Below are positions 10,486 to 19,996 of a stretch of DNA of 55,025 nucleotides, in pieces; the first letter of the stretch is position 1; each line of letters starts with the position of its first letter. The position numbers were made by a program, and so were the translations under genes. A model generated the notes under the pieces. The model did no database searches, was not told the origin of the DNA, and was given only the letters and a program-made list of their open reading frames with translations. Origin of the DNA: Clostridia bacterium. Its GTDB lineage: Bacteria > Bacillota > Clostridia > HGM11514. Location of the stretch: the NCBI GenBank assembly GCA_045586685.1, contig JAZNAU010000033.1:1-55025 (forward strand), read 5' to 3'.

Positions 10486-10514
10486 AGTATAACATAATAC
10501 TGGTAAAAAAGCAA
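10486..10514 (-). promoter_or_regulatory. SigA promoter of rpsT
   Basis: TTGCTT-N17-TATACT with extended TG. Confidence 0.7.
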
Positions 10515-10542
10515 GTATTATTTTTATTTTTTTAAAAATTTC

Positions 10543-10992
10543 TTAATAAGGATTTCCGGAACGTTTATAGCCTCCGCTCCGACGGTTGTTGTCCACATTC
10601 TTTTTAAAATCAGAAATCCGCTCCTCACTGTCATTTTTAAAGCGAGCCATCTTTTCCTCAAAAGAAAGATTTTCTGACGCAGGTCTGCTCCAGTCAATTT
10701 CCGTGGGACGGGTGCTTCGCTTGGAAGGCTGCTTTTTCTGCCCCTTCCGTTCTTCTTCCAGCACTTTTTTAATAGAAAGGCACACCTTCCCTTTTTCTTC
10801 AGACAGAATTTTCACTCTTACCGTCTGATTTTCTTGTAGGTGATCCCTTATTTCCTTCACATATTCTAATGCAACTTCTGAAATATGTACCAATCCCTGC
10901 CGATCGTCCGGCAAACGGACAAAGGCGCCAAAGTCGGTAATCCCTGTAACCTTTCCTTCAACAATACTTCCTACTTTTACTTCCTGCGGCAT
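10543..10992 (-). CDS. yabR: S1-domain RNA-binding protein (YabR-like)
   Basis: GKVTGITDFGAFV...GLVHISEV S1 domain, FEEKMARF tail; downstream of divIC. Confidence 0.85.
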   Translation of the reverse strand: MPQEVKVGSIVEGKVTGITDFGAFVRLPDDRQGLVHISEVALEYVKEIRDHLQENQTVRVKILSEEKGKVCLSIKKVLEEERKGQKKQPSKRSTRPTEIDWSRPASENLSFEEKMARFKNDSEERISDFKKNVDNNRRSGGYKRSGNPY

Positions 10993-11034
10993 GTAAAATA
11001 ATTCCCCTTTTAAAAATTGTGGCGGCGTACAGCC

Positions 11035-11331
11035 TTAGCGTGAGGTATCAACAAATACCTGCTCGTCCGGTTTCACAAAACCCAACTTCTGCCGTGCAAC
11101 CTTTTCAATGTATTCATCGGTGTCCATAATATCCATAACATGAGTCAGCTCCTTGTTCTCTGCTTGAGCCTGCTCAATTTCGGCGGTCACCTCTTTTTCT
11201 TCTACACGAAGGTCATGAAGACGGATTTGTTGCTGTACAAGGACATATCCCACATACAGAATTGCAATAGTCCACAGCACTCGGGACAACTTTCTTTTCC
11301 CTTGTTTTGGTTCATTTTGTCCCTTTGCCAT
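11035..11331 (-). CDS. divIC: Septum formation initiator DivIC/FtsB
   Basis: TM helix, coiled coil, EYIEKVARQKLGFVKPDE. Confidence 0.9.
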   Translation of the reverse strand: MAKGQNEPKQGKRKLSRVLWTIAILYVGYVLVQQQIRLHDLRVEEKEVTAEIEQAQAENKELTHVMDIMDTDEYIEKVARQKLGFVKPDEQVFVDTSR

Positions 11332-11363
11332 CTGCCTTCCTCCTTGTATCAGAATCTATTAAC

Positions 11364-11392
11364 ATTATACACTACTTTTTTCTCTATTTCAA
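11364..11392 (-). promoter_or_regulatory. SigA promoter of divIC-yabR
   Basis: TTGAAA-N17-TATAAT. Confidence 0.7.
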
Positions 11393-11400
11393 TAGTAAAA

Positions 11401-11907
11401 TCAAAAATTTTTTGGGGATTTTAAAATTTTTTTCAGTTGTTGACGGGTAAACAACCATTTTTGCCGACGGACAGACAAGCTGAAAGCCAGCTTTTTTCGA
11501 AATGGAGCCGTCTTCTTTCCAATCCATCTAATAGGATAAAGAAACAATCTGACAGGAAAAGACAGAATCCGAAGGATGAGCACCACCAGTCTGATTACCA
11601 GACGGAAAACCTTTTCCATCCATGTTACCATCAGAGACCCAAACAGAAGAAAATACAGCCCCGTTCCCAGAAACAGACCGATAAATTCATACCATCTCAG
11701 CTCTCCTTGATTGGTTAGTCTTGCCGTAAGAAACACAACCACTGTACAAACCATCCAAAACATCAGGTCTGTCAGATTAACCCACAGACTGTTCATGGTA
11801 ACAATTTTTCGAACAGCCCTGAAAAAATCAAACAAAAATCCGAAGCCTATCCCGCAGAGAAACATCCCTGCAAAGATAAGCCCCTGCTCCGCTACATGAA
11901 TTTCCAT
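11401..11907 (-). CDS. yabQ: Spore cortex biosynthesis protein YabQ
   Basis: FDFFR, DLMFW, NQGELRWY motifs; synteny. Confidence 0.9.
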   Translation of the reverse strand: MEIHVAEQGLIFAGMFLCGIGFGFLFDFFRAVRKIVTMNSLWVNLTDLMFWMVCTVVVFLTARLTNQGELRWYEFIGLFLGTGLYFLLFGSLMVTWMEKVFRLVIRLVVLILRILSFPVRLFLYPIRWIGKKTAPFRKKLAFSLSVRRQKWLFTRQQLKKILKSPKNF

Positions 11908-12188
11908 TACTGAAACAGTCTGGCAAGCAGGCTTCCTGCCGCTTTTTTGGTGGACTGTGCCTCAGAATAGGCAAGGGAATCTATTTCTCCTTCAATACAG
12001 ATATCCCCCGTTTCCACATTTAGCTTGTTAATATGCAAATCCCTTCCCTTAATGGTCAGGATTCCCAAGGTTGTGTACAATACCACGGTATGCTCGTCAA
12101 AGCTGTCCACATCGCTTACGCCCGTGACTGTAATTTTCCCTCTGCCTTGTAACGAGATATTTTGGTCTTTCAATTTTTCTTCAACCAT
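11907..12188 (-). CDS. yabP: Sporulation protein YabP
   Basis: VTGVSDVDSFDE, TTLGILTIKG.DLHI.KLNVE.G. Confidence 0.93.
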   Translation of the reverse strand: MVEEKLKDQNISLQGRGKITVTGVSDVDSFDEHTVVLYTTLGILTIKGRDLHINKLNVETGDICIEGEIDSLAYSEAQSTKKAAGSLLARLFQ

Positions 12189-12208
12189 AAAACCGCCTCC
12201 TTACAAAT

Positions 12209-12237
12209 ATTGTATGAGGCGGTTGTTTTATTTATGA
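12209..12237 (-). promoter_or_regulatory. SigE promoter of yabPQ, overlapping a hairpin
   Basis: TCATAAA-N14-CATACAAT matches the SigE consensus; yabPQ is SigE-controlled in B. subtilis. Confidence 0.8.
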
Positions 12238-12477
12238 TAAAATTGTTTCGTACATGGCAGAAGCATCCTCTTTTTTAACATGCTCGCTGACGTTAAGCAC
12301 CTTAATTTTCATCTGATTGTTTCCGAATGCAATCTCCAAAATATCCCCCGGCTTTACGTCTGCAGAAGCCTTTGCTACTCTGCCGTTTACCATGACTCTT
12401 CCGCCGTCGCATGCTTCATTGGCTACTGTTCTTCGTTTAATGATTCGGGATACCTTTAAAAATTTATCAATTCTCAT
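12232..12477 (-). CDS. yabO: S4-domain RNA-binding protein YabO (RqcP)
   Basis: MRIDKFLKVSRIIKRRTVANEACDGGRV; start moved to ATG 12477 behind GGGAGG. Confidence 0.93.
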   Translation of the reverse strand: MRIDKFLKVSRIIKRRTVANEACDGGRVMVNGRVAKASADVKPGDILEIAFGNNQMKIKVLNVSEHVKKEDASAMYETILS

Positions 12478-12494
12478 AATTCCTCCCAAGAATG

Positions 12495-12525
12495 AAAAAG
12501 GGTTGTCCCATCACGAGACAACCCC
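12495..12525 (-). terminator. Terminator after hup
   Basis: Minus strand GGGTTGTCTC-GTGAT-GGGACAACCC followed by TTTTT. Confidence 0.75.
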
Positions 12526-12541
12526 ATTCGATTTTTATGGT

Positions 12542-12814
12542 TTACGCAATGCTGTCTTTGAAAGCTTTTCCTGCTTTGAATACAGGAGATTTGCTTGCAG
12601 GAATGGTAATTTCTGCACCGGTGCGAGGATTCTTGCCTTTTCTTTCAGCTCTTGCTTTTACTTCAAAAGAACCGAAGCCAACCAGCTGAACCTTTTCACC
12701 GGCTTTCAGAGCTTCCTGAACAGATTCGATCAAAGCGCTTACTGCTTTGTCAGCATCCTTCTTGGACAGTTCCGCCTTTTCTGCAACTTTGGAAATTAAT
12801 TCTGCCTTATTCAT
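12542..12814 (-). CDS. hup: Histone-like DNA-binding protein HU
   Basis: [30 protein letters not shown]. Confidence 0.97.
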   Translation of the reverse strand: MNKAELISKVAEKAELSKKDADKAVSALIESVQEALKAGEKVQLVGFGSFEVKARAERKGKNPRTGAEITIPASKSPVFKAGKAFKDSIA

Positions 12815-12940
12815 TCTCTCATTTCCTCCCTTTTAAATAATTTAAAAATAAATAAGCATTATCATTGCTATTAAGAGTATTTCTCCAATCTTGGCAAAAA
12901 TCCTCTTTTTTTCTCAAAATTTTTTATTTTTTCCACAATT

Positions 12941-13705
12941 TTATTCAAATTCCTTAATTTCTTCCCATAAGCAATCCATTTCCTCCAAAGAAAGTTCGGA
13001 TAAAATCAAGCCTTTTTGAGTTGCCAGAGCTTCCATTTTTCCAAATCTTCGAATAAATTTATTGATTCCTTTATGAAGAGCCGTTTCGGGCTGAATCCCT
13101 GTAAACCGAGCCGCATTGACTGCCGCAAACAGTAAATCTCCAAATTCTTCTTCTCGTTCTGCGGGAGTATTGGCACCTGCAAATTCCTCCACCTCTTCCC
13201 GAAGCTTGTCCAACACAGGAGGCAGCGTATCCCAATCAAAACCCACCTTCGCAGCACTTTCCTGTACCTTCTGAGCACGCATCAAAGAAGGCAAGGAGGA
13301 AGAAATCCCTTCCATCGCTTGGGTCTGGGTTTTCTGCCCCTTTTCCTTTTTCTTAATCTGTGCCCAATTTTTCAGTACATCATCAGCAGTTTCCGCCTTC
13401 TCCTCTCCGAATACATGAGGATGGCGGTGAATCATTTTTTCACAAACACATCGAAGCACATCATCCATGGTGAACTCACCCTGCTCTTTCCCAATCTGGG
13501 CATAAAACACCACCTGCAGCAACAAATCCCCCAGTTCATCTGCCAACATCATTCGGTCAGGGCAGTCAACCGCCTCCACCACCTCGTAAGCTTCTTCAAT
13601 GGCATATCGCTTTAAGCTTTCGTATGTCTGCTCTTTGTCCCAAGGGCATCCTTTCCGAAGTTGCTCCATAATATTCAATAAATCTTCTAATGTATATTGT
13701 TTCAT
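12941..13705 (-). CDS. mazG: Nucleoside triphosphate pyrophosphohydrolase MazG
   Basis: GCPWDKEQT, EEAYE, ELGDLLLQVVF, second domain EFGDLLF; lacks the YabN N-terminal methylase-like domain. Confidence 0.95.
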   Translation of the reverse strand: MKQYTLEDLLNIMEQLRKGCPWDKEQTYESLKRYAIEEAYEVVEAVDCPDRMMLADELGDLLLQVVFYAQIGKEQGEFTMDDVLRCVCEKMIHRHPHVFGEEKAETADDVLKNWAQIKKKEKGQKTQTQAMEGISSSLPSLMRAQKVQESAAKVGFDWDTLPPVLDKLREEVEEFAGANTPAEREEEFGDLLFAAVNAARFTGIQPETALHKGINKFIRRFGKMEALATQKGLILSELSLEEMDCLWEEIKEFE

Positions 13706-13718
13706 CTGAATCCCTCTT

Positions 13719-15392
13719 TTATCGCAGTAATTTTCGTTTTTTCATAATTGCTGCAATTTTTTCTCCCTTAGGAAGCATTTCCACATCCTCCTGTTTCAAT
13801 CCGCCAATCAGCAATAAAACGGCTAAATAGATGCAACCGCCAATTCCCACAGCACAAATCGTTGCTAATTTTGGGGAAACCCATTCCTCCAGCAACCGAT
13901 AACAAAAGAGGGTTGCTACCCCCATTGCACCTGTGGAAAACAAGGGTTTCACCAGGGTATCTGTCAGCTTCAGCTTAACCTTTGTCACCTTCATTACCCA
14001 ATACAAATCCAATGCTGCAATCACAAAGTAACAAAGATTACTGCTGATTGACAAGCCTAAAATATTGATTTGAGGCATGGAAACTAAAACGATGTTTGCA
14101 ACAATCTTCACGATGGCACCAATCAGCATATTGATAACAGGAATCCATACCTTCCCTGCCGCCTGTAAAATGGCAGTACACACTGACACCAAACTGACCC
14201 AGATACAAGCCACTGCCAGAATTTCCAGCATCGTGCCGGAGGAAGTGTTGGAATACAGCAAATACAAAATAGGTTTTGCCATTACCGAAAGGCCAATGGT
14301 ACAGGGCATGGCAAATAAAATGGTGATTCTCATTGCGGATGCAGTAATCCTCTGAATGTTTCGCTGATGCTTCACCGCAATCGCCTCTGCCAATGCAGGA
14401 ACTACACTGATGCTCATGGCAGTAATTAAGGTTAAAGGCAAATTAAATAAGGAAAATGCATACCCACTGTATGCTCCGTACAAAAATTCCGATGCATGAG
14501 TGTCCAACAGATGATTTTGAAGCAAAGACGCCATTTCTCCGTTTTTGGCAAAAATTGCATATTGCTGATAAAGAGCTTTTGCTTGCTCTGCTGTAAAAGA
14601 AATATTCTGCAACAAACTCCGAACCATCAGGGTATCCACCAAAGAGGTAACACTGGATACACAGGCACCAATGGTAATGGGTACTGCAATCCATAAAAGC
14701 CGTTTTAACAAGCGGGGATAAGACAAAACCTCACTATGTGCAGTCCCTTTCGGCAACACCCTTTTCCGTTTCACCAAAAACCAGATACCCAATACAACGC
14801 ACCCTGCTGCCGCCCCTGCTGTAACTCCCATTAAGGCACCGGCAGAAGCCTGTACCGCACCACTTCCTATCAATACAAAAGCCAGCGTGTACCCTACCAC
14901 AGGTTTTCCCAGTGCTTCTAAAATCTGGGAAACAGCAGTAGGAAGCATGTTCTGTGTGCCCTGAAAAAAGCCTCTCAGCCCCGCCATGATTGCCACAAAA
15001 ACGAGAGCAGGTGCCACGGCCTGAATACTAGGTGCAATCTGCACATTGCCAATGCCCCGTGCAATGGGCGTTGCAAAAAAATACAACACTCCTGCTCCTA
15101 TCAAACCTAAGCATGTAATCAGAAGCATCTCTGCTTTAAACAGTCGACGGACCTGATAACCGTCCTTTAATGCGAGTTGCTCCGACACCAGTTTCGACAC
15201 TGCCACAGGCAGACCGGCAGTGGCAACAATAAAAAACAGAACATAAAGCTGATATGCTGTATTATAAATTCCCATCCCGCTTTCATGAAGCAGATAGGTC
15301 AAAGGAATTTTGAAAAATGCACCAATAATTTTGGTCAGAGCATTTGCCAGCACCAAAATAATGGTTCCCTGCATAAACGTCTGTTTCCCCAT
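13719..15392 (-). CDS. MOP flippase (SpoVB/YabM/MurJ family)
   Basis: Polytopic; GLPVAVSKLVSE, RGFFQG, PTAVSQILE; yabM position; start moved to ATG 15392. Confidence 0.85.
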   Translation of the reverse strand: MGKQTFMQGTIILVLANALTKIIGAFFKIPLTYLLHESGMGIYNTAYQLYVLFFIVATAGLPVAVSKLVSEQLALKDGYQVRRLFKAEMLLITCLGLIGAGVLYFFATPIARGIGNVQIAPSIQAVAPALVFVAIMAGLRGFFQGTQNMLPTAVSQILEALGKPVVGYTLAFVLIGSGAVQASAGALMGVTAGAAAGCVVLGIWFLVKRKRVLPKGTAHSEVLSYPRLLKRLLWIAVPITIGACVSSVTSLVDTLMVRSLLQNISFTAEQAKALYQQYAIFAKNGEMASLLQNHLLDTHASEFLYGAYSGYAFSLFNLPLTLITAMSISVVPALAEAIAVKHQRNIQRITASAMRITILFAMPCTIGLSVMAKPILYLLYSNTSSGTMLEILAVACIWVSLVSVCTAILQAAGKVWIPVINMLIGAIVKIVANIVLVSMPQINILGLSISSNLCYFVIAALDLYWVMKVTKVKLKLTDTLVKPLFSTGAMGVATLFCYRLLEEWVSPKLATICAVGIGGCIYLAVLLLIGGLKQEDVEMLPKGEKIAAIMKKRKLLR

Positions 15393-15463
15393 GCCCTCAT
15401 CCTCTCTGAATTCATCCGTTAGTTTATTATATTCCACTCGTTCCTTATTATTCCGTCTATGGG

Positions 15464-15507
15464 AAAAAGGGCGGACAGAGAGATTGATTTCTCTGTTTGC
15501 CCGCCCT
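15464..15507 (-). terminator. Terminator after ftsZ
   Basis: AGGGCGG...ACAGAGA/TCTCTGT.CCGCCCT hairpin followed by TTTT on the minus strand. Confidence 0.7.
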
Positions 15508-15524
15508 ATTTATCACTCAATACT

Positions 15525-16598
15525 TTATCTCAGGAAAGAAGGAACATCAATGTCATCGTCTGCCTTGCCTTCAGAAGTCGTTTTAACAAAAGGAGATGCA
15601 GGCTTTTCTGAAATGGAGAACCGTTTCTTTAAAACAGGACCATCTTCACTCTTAAAGCCTGTAGCGATTACCGTCACACTCAGCTCGTCACCGTAGCTTT
15701 CATCAATCATAGCGCCAACGATAATATTTGCATCATCATCAACAGAGTTCTGAATCAATTCTGCAGCAGCATTGACTTCCAGCAATCCTAAATCACTTCC
15801 GCCTGTGATGTTTAAGATAACACCCTTTGCTCCCTGAATGGTAGTTTCAAGCAGAGGACTTGCAATAGCAGCCTTAGCCGCTTCTTCTGCACGGTTTTCA
15901 CCCTTTGCCCGTCCGGTACCCATATGAGCATAACCTGCATCCTTCATAATGGTTCTTACGTCTGCAAAGTCAAGATTGATCATGGCAGGTGTTACAATCA
16001 AATCGGTAATGCCCATAACACCTTGCTTCAACACATTGTCAGCCATGGAAAATGCAGATTCCATCGTGGTGTTCTTATCAGCGATTGCCAGCAGACGATC
16101 GTTGGGGATAATAAGCAGAGTATCCACGTTCTGTCTCAATTCCTCAATTCCTACATCTGCATTTGCCTTTCTTACCTTTCCTTCAAAACCAAAAGGTTTG
16201 GTTACAATACCAACGGTCAGAATGCCCATTTCCTTTGCAACGGATGCAACAATGGGAGCCGCTCCCGTTCCGGTTCCGCCGCCCATACCTGCCGTTACGA
16301 ATACCATATCCGCACCTTTTAAGCAAGCAGAGATTTCTTCTCTGCTTTCTTCAGCAGATTTCTGACCAATTTCAGGTTTTGCTCCTGCTCCTAAACCGCG
16401 GGTCAGTTTTTCACCAATTTGCAGTTTTTGATTTGCTACAGATTTTTTCAGTGCTTGCTTGTCCGTATTGATAGAAATGAATTCCACCGTCTGCATACCG
16501 GTGTTTACCATTCTGTCAACAGCATTGTTTCCGCCGCCGCCGACGCCCACAACTTTTATGCGGGCATAATCTTTTTCTGTTGTATCAAATTCCAACAT
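15525..16598 (-). CDS. ftsZ: Cell division protein FtsZ
   Basis: [16 protein letters not shown] tubulin motif, INLDFAD, C-terminal DVPSFLR. Confidence 0.98.
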   Translation of the reverse strand: MLEFDTTEKDYARIKVVGVGGGGNNAVDRMVNTGMQTVEFISINTDKQALKKSVANQKLQIGEKLTRGLGAGAKPEIGQKSAEESREEISACLKGADMVFVTAGMGGGTGTGAAPIVASVAKEMGILTVGIVTKPFGFEGKVRKANADVGIEELRQNVDTLLIIPNDRLLAIADKNTTMESAFSMADNVLKQGVMGITDLIVTPAMINLDFADVRTIMKDAGYAHMGTGRAKGENRAEEAAKAAIASPLLETTIQGAKGVILNITGGSDLGLLEVNAAAELIQNSVDDDANIIVGAMIDESYGDELSVTVIATGFKSEDGPVLKKRFSISEKPASPFVKTTSEGKADDDIDVPSFLR

Positions 16599-16719
16599 TG
16601 ATAACTCCCCCTTGTAACATATATATAATAAATTGCAGTTTATATCAAACCCGGCCTTTCACAAAATGCCGTATGTGGTCATTCGGAAGGGTCTGTAAAA
16701 AAACCGGATAAAATATCAA

Positions 16720-17553
16720 TTATTCTTCCTCTGAATCCGCCTCTGTTTCTTCGGATTCTTCTTCCTCCTCCGACTCGGTGCTTTCTGTATTTTCAGAATC
16801 AGAAAGCCGATAGGTAGGATCCTTGACGGTAAAATCAATCACACCTCTGGGTGTTCCGCCAAGCTTGTCCAGAATTTCTTTTAAGAATTTCACCCGATAG
16901 GGAAGGTCGGTTGCATCACCCATGAGAACGCTCAGCTTCCTGTCATTCATCCTGAACACAACCCCGTCATCCTGACTTAAGTCAATTTCGTTTGTATTCC
17001 CTATAAGACTATTATGAACTAATTCTGTCAAACTTTCAAGTACTATTTGCAAATTTCTTTCATTTTTAACAATAATTTTTTCACCAAGCTCAAAATTTTT
17101 GATTTCTAAGCCTATTAAATTTACAATTTCTGGAAGGTTTTCCAAATTCTGAGGTGTTTCCTGTTCCAGTGTTTTGCCATACATATCAATTAAAATATAA
17201 TTCCCCATATAGGATGCAGCCGCCACAGGTTGACTTTCTTCAATTTCAATGGAAATCTGATTAGGAAATTCTCTTTTGACACGCACGCTATGTACATAAG
17301 AAATTTTTTCAAGCTTTTTTCGCACGCTACTCAGCTTCACACGAAAAATATTACTCCCCTCGGTAATTCCCGAGGCAGTTTCAATTTCTTGGACAGACAC
17401 TCTGCTGTTCCCTGTCACATTCACTTTCTTAATATTAAAATAAGGGGTGAAGGATGCAATCACCGCACACAGCACGAACAGCAGAAACAGTCCGACCATT
17501 CTTTTAAATACTCTTTTACGTTTCTGTACTTCCATACGTCTTTGGTTTTTCAC
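16720..17553 (-). CDS. ftsQ: Cell division protein FtsQ/DivIB with acidic tail
   Basis: TM helix, POTRA domain (FNIKKVNVTGN...VKREFPNQISIEIEE); dcw position. Confidence 0.88.
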   Translation of the reverse strand: MKNQRRMEVQKRKRVFKRMVGLFLLFVLCAVIASFTPYFNIKKVNVTGNSRVSVQEIETASGITEGSNIFRVKLSSVRKKLEKISYVHSVRVKREFPNQISIEIEESQPVAAASYMGNYILIDMYGKTLEQETPQNLENLPEIVNLIGLEIKNFELGEKIIVKNERNLQIVLESLTELVHNSLIGNTNEIDLSQDDGVVFRMNDRKLSVLMGDATDLPYRVKFLKEILDKLGGTPRGVIDFTVKDPTYRLSDSENTESTESEEEEESEETEADSEEE

Positions 17554-17565
17554 CCTGATTTCCTC

Positions 17566-18822
17566 CTACTCCACTCTTTTTATCTCCGCACCTAAAGAGG
17601 CAAACACCTTTTCCGGTGCTTCATATCCACGGTCAATCAAATCAATTCTGTGCACTTTACTTGTTCCCGATGCACCCAATGCCGCAAGCATCAAAGCCGC
17701 ACCACCTCGCAAGTCTCCCGAGGTAACCTCTGCTCCCGAAAGCCTTTTCACTCCTCTGATTACTGCTACACGGCCATCCGTTTTAATGTTAGCACCCATT
17801 TTTATCAGCTCTTCCACATGCTTAAACCGGCTTTCAAAAATGGTTTCTGTAATCATACTGGAGCCACAGGCAGTAGACAACATCGCCATCAAAGGTGCCT
17901 GAGCATCGGTAGGAAATCCGGGATAAGGGGAGGTTCTGATTTTATCTGCCGCACCAATCCGTTTGGGACAGTTCATTTTAAGAATTTCCTCACGGGGATA
18001 CTCCAGCTCACAGCCACATTCCTCCAGTACTGATAAAATTCCGTCAATGTGGGCAGGCTCCACTCCCCGAAGGAGAAGCTCTCCTCCCGTAATTGCCGCT
18101 CCCATAAGATAAGTCGCGCCTACTATCCTGTCAGGAATGACCCTATGAGTCACACTGTGTAGTGCGGGAACTCCTTCAATATAAATTTCCGAACCTCCGG
18201 CACCGTAAATCTTCGCTCCGGCATGGTTCAAAAAGGTTTGCAAATCTTCAATTTCCGGCTCTTTTGCCGCATTCACAATTCGGGTTACCCCCGGTGTAAA
18301 CACAGCCGCCAGCATAATATTTTCGGTAGCACCCACACTGGGAAAATCCAGATGAATTGTCGCCGGTCTTAAACGGCGGGCATCACAGGTAATTCTGCCA
18401 TGCTCCTCCGTAACTGTCATCCCCATGGCCCGAAAGGCTTTCAAATGCAAATCGATGGGTCGTGCCCCCAGCTCGCAACCTCCGGGATAAGTAATTTCAG
18501 CAGAGCCGCATCGAGATGACATAGCTCCCACAAAAATAAAGGAAGACCTCATTTCCCGCATAAGGGCATCCGATACGGTACTGCAGTTCACACCCCTTGC
18601 ATCTACCGTTACCACATCTCCCCTTTGCTCTGTCTTACATCCAAGATGTCTCAAAATATTCAAAGAAGCGGTCACATCCCGCAATGCGGGACAGTTATGA
18701 ATCTCGCTTGTTCCGTTAATCAACACCGTTGCCGCCAAAATGGGCAACACGGCGTTTTTTGCACCCTGTAAGGTAATTTCTCCCCTTAAGGGCTTACCTC
18801 CCGTGATAACAAAATGACCCAT
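17566..18822 (-). CDS. murA: UDP-N-acetylglucosamine 1-carboxyvinyltransferase
   Basis: GAKNAVLP, PGGCELGARP (catalytic Cys), SVGATEN, PYPGFPTD; start moved to ATG 18822 behind GGAGGTG. Confidence 0.95.
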   Translation of the reverse strand: MGHFVITGGKPLRGEITLQGAKNAVLPILAATVLINGTSEIHNCPALRDVTASLNILRHLGCKTEQRGDVVTVDARGVNCSTVSDALMREMRSSFIFVGAMSSRCGSAEITYPGGCELGARPIDLHLKAFRAMGMTVTEEHGRITCDARRLRPATIHLDFPSVGATENIMLAAVFTPGVTRIVNAAKEPEIEDLQTFLNHAGAKIYGAGGSEIYIEGVPALHSVTHRVIPDRIVGATYLMGAAITGGELLLRGVEPAHIDGILSVLEECGCELEYPREEILKMNCPKRIGAADKIRTSPYPGFPTDAQAPLMAMLSTACGSSMITETIFESRFKHVEELIKMGANIKTDGRVAVIRGVKRLSGAEVTSGDLRGGAALMLAALGASGTSKVHRIDLIDRGYEAPEKVFASLGAEIKRVE

Positions 18823-18865
18823 CCTCACACCTCCGCATACATGTCGGCTATTTTGCCGCACCTTC

Positions 18866-18894
18866 ATAGTATGCAAAGGGGTTTAGAGTGTGCA
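18866..18894 (-). promoter_or_regulatory. Putative mother-cell (SigK/SigE-type) promoter upstream of murA
   Basis: GCAC-N16-CATACTAT in the murG-murA gap. Confidence 0.5.
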
Positions 18895-18897
18895 AAC

Positions 18898-19983
18898 TCA
18901 TTTGACAAGAGTCAAAACCGTTTGGTAAATGGTCTCGGTTGCATCGCAAATCCCTGCTTTTTTGGACTGTTCAGCCATTTTCTTCTGTTTATCTTTGTCC
19001 TGTAAAAATGCATCTACCATTTGGTATAATTTCTCTGCTGACAATTCACTTTCTGTCAGTACCATCGCCCCGCCCTTTTGTTCTAACGCTCTGGCGTTGT
19101 ACTCCTGATGATTGTGGGCAACGTTGGGAGAAGGAATCAGAATAGCCGGCTTTCCAATAGCAGAAAGCTCACTCACCGTCATAGCACCGGAGCGGGCAAT
19201 GACCAAATCGGCAGCCGCCATACACTCTCCCATATTATATAGATAAGGTTCGATACGCACATTTTCATATTCATGACCCTTCATCTCCTCCATAACCTTA
19301 TCATATTCCCGTTTTCCTGTGGCATACAAAATCTGATATGTCCCCCTCTTTGCGGTATTGCGAATCATTTCGCCCACCGTTTCGTTCACACGTCTTGCGC
19401 CCAGGCTTCCACCATAGGTTAAAATCAGGGGACGTTCATCAAAACCAAGGGCACGTCTTGCAGATTTTCGTTCGTATGTAACCAAATCGGGAGAAATGGG
19501 ATTCCCTGTTAAAACGAGATTTCCCTTTATATATTGACTGGTTTCAGGAAAACTGGTCAGCACACCATCCACCATTCGAGATAGCATTTTTACAGTAACA
19601 CCGGGGATTACATTCTGTTCATGAACCAATGTTTTAATCCCCATTTTACAAGCTGCATATAGCACTGGACCGCACACATAGCCTCCCGTGCCAATGACAA
19701 TATCGGGCTTGAAATCCTTCAGAATTTTTTTTGATTGGGCATACCCTTTGAACATCTTTTTTATGGTGCCCAAGGTTTGCAAAGATAATTTTCTTACAAA
19801 CCCCTCTACTTCAATAAAAGTAATGGGAAATCCCGCTTTTGGGATCAACTCTCCCTCCAGACCCTTATGAGTTCCCACAAACAAAAATTCTGTATCGGGA
19901 TGTTTTTCTTTTAAATAACGGGCAATGGCGATAGCGGGATTGATATGTCCTCCCGTCCCACCTCCGGACAATAATACTCTCAC
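18898..19983 (-). CDS. murG: Lipid II GlcNAc transferase MurG
   Basis: GGGTGGHINP, HEQN, GGSLGA, RSGAMTVSE, HQEYNA; GTG start behind GGAGG. Confidence 0.97.
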   Translation of the reverse strand: MRVLLSGGGTGGHINPAIAIARYLKEKHPDTEFLFVGTHKGLEGELIPKAGFPITFIEVEGFVRKLSLQTLGTIKKMFKGYAQSKKILKDFKPDIVIGTGGYVCGPVLYAACKMGIKTLVHEQNVIPGVTVKMLSRMVDGVLTSFPETSQYIKGNLVLTGNPISPDLVTYERKSARRALGFDERPLILTYGGSLGARRVNETVGEMIRNTAKRGTYQILYATGKREYDKVMEEMKGHEYENVRIEPYLYNMGECMAAADLVIARSGAMTVSELSAIGKPAILIPSPNVAHNHQEYNARALEQKGGAMVLTESELSAEKLYQMVDAFLQDKDKQKKMAEQSKKAGICDATETIYQTVLTLVK

Positions 19984-19996
19984 GTTTTTTCCTCCA

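Noticed and set aside
12860-12910. SigH-like promoter upstream of hup (AGGATTT...GAAAT)
   Set aside because: The -10 deviates from GAAT; too weak to call.
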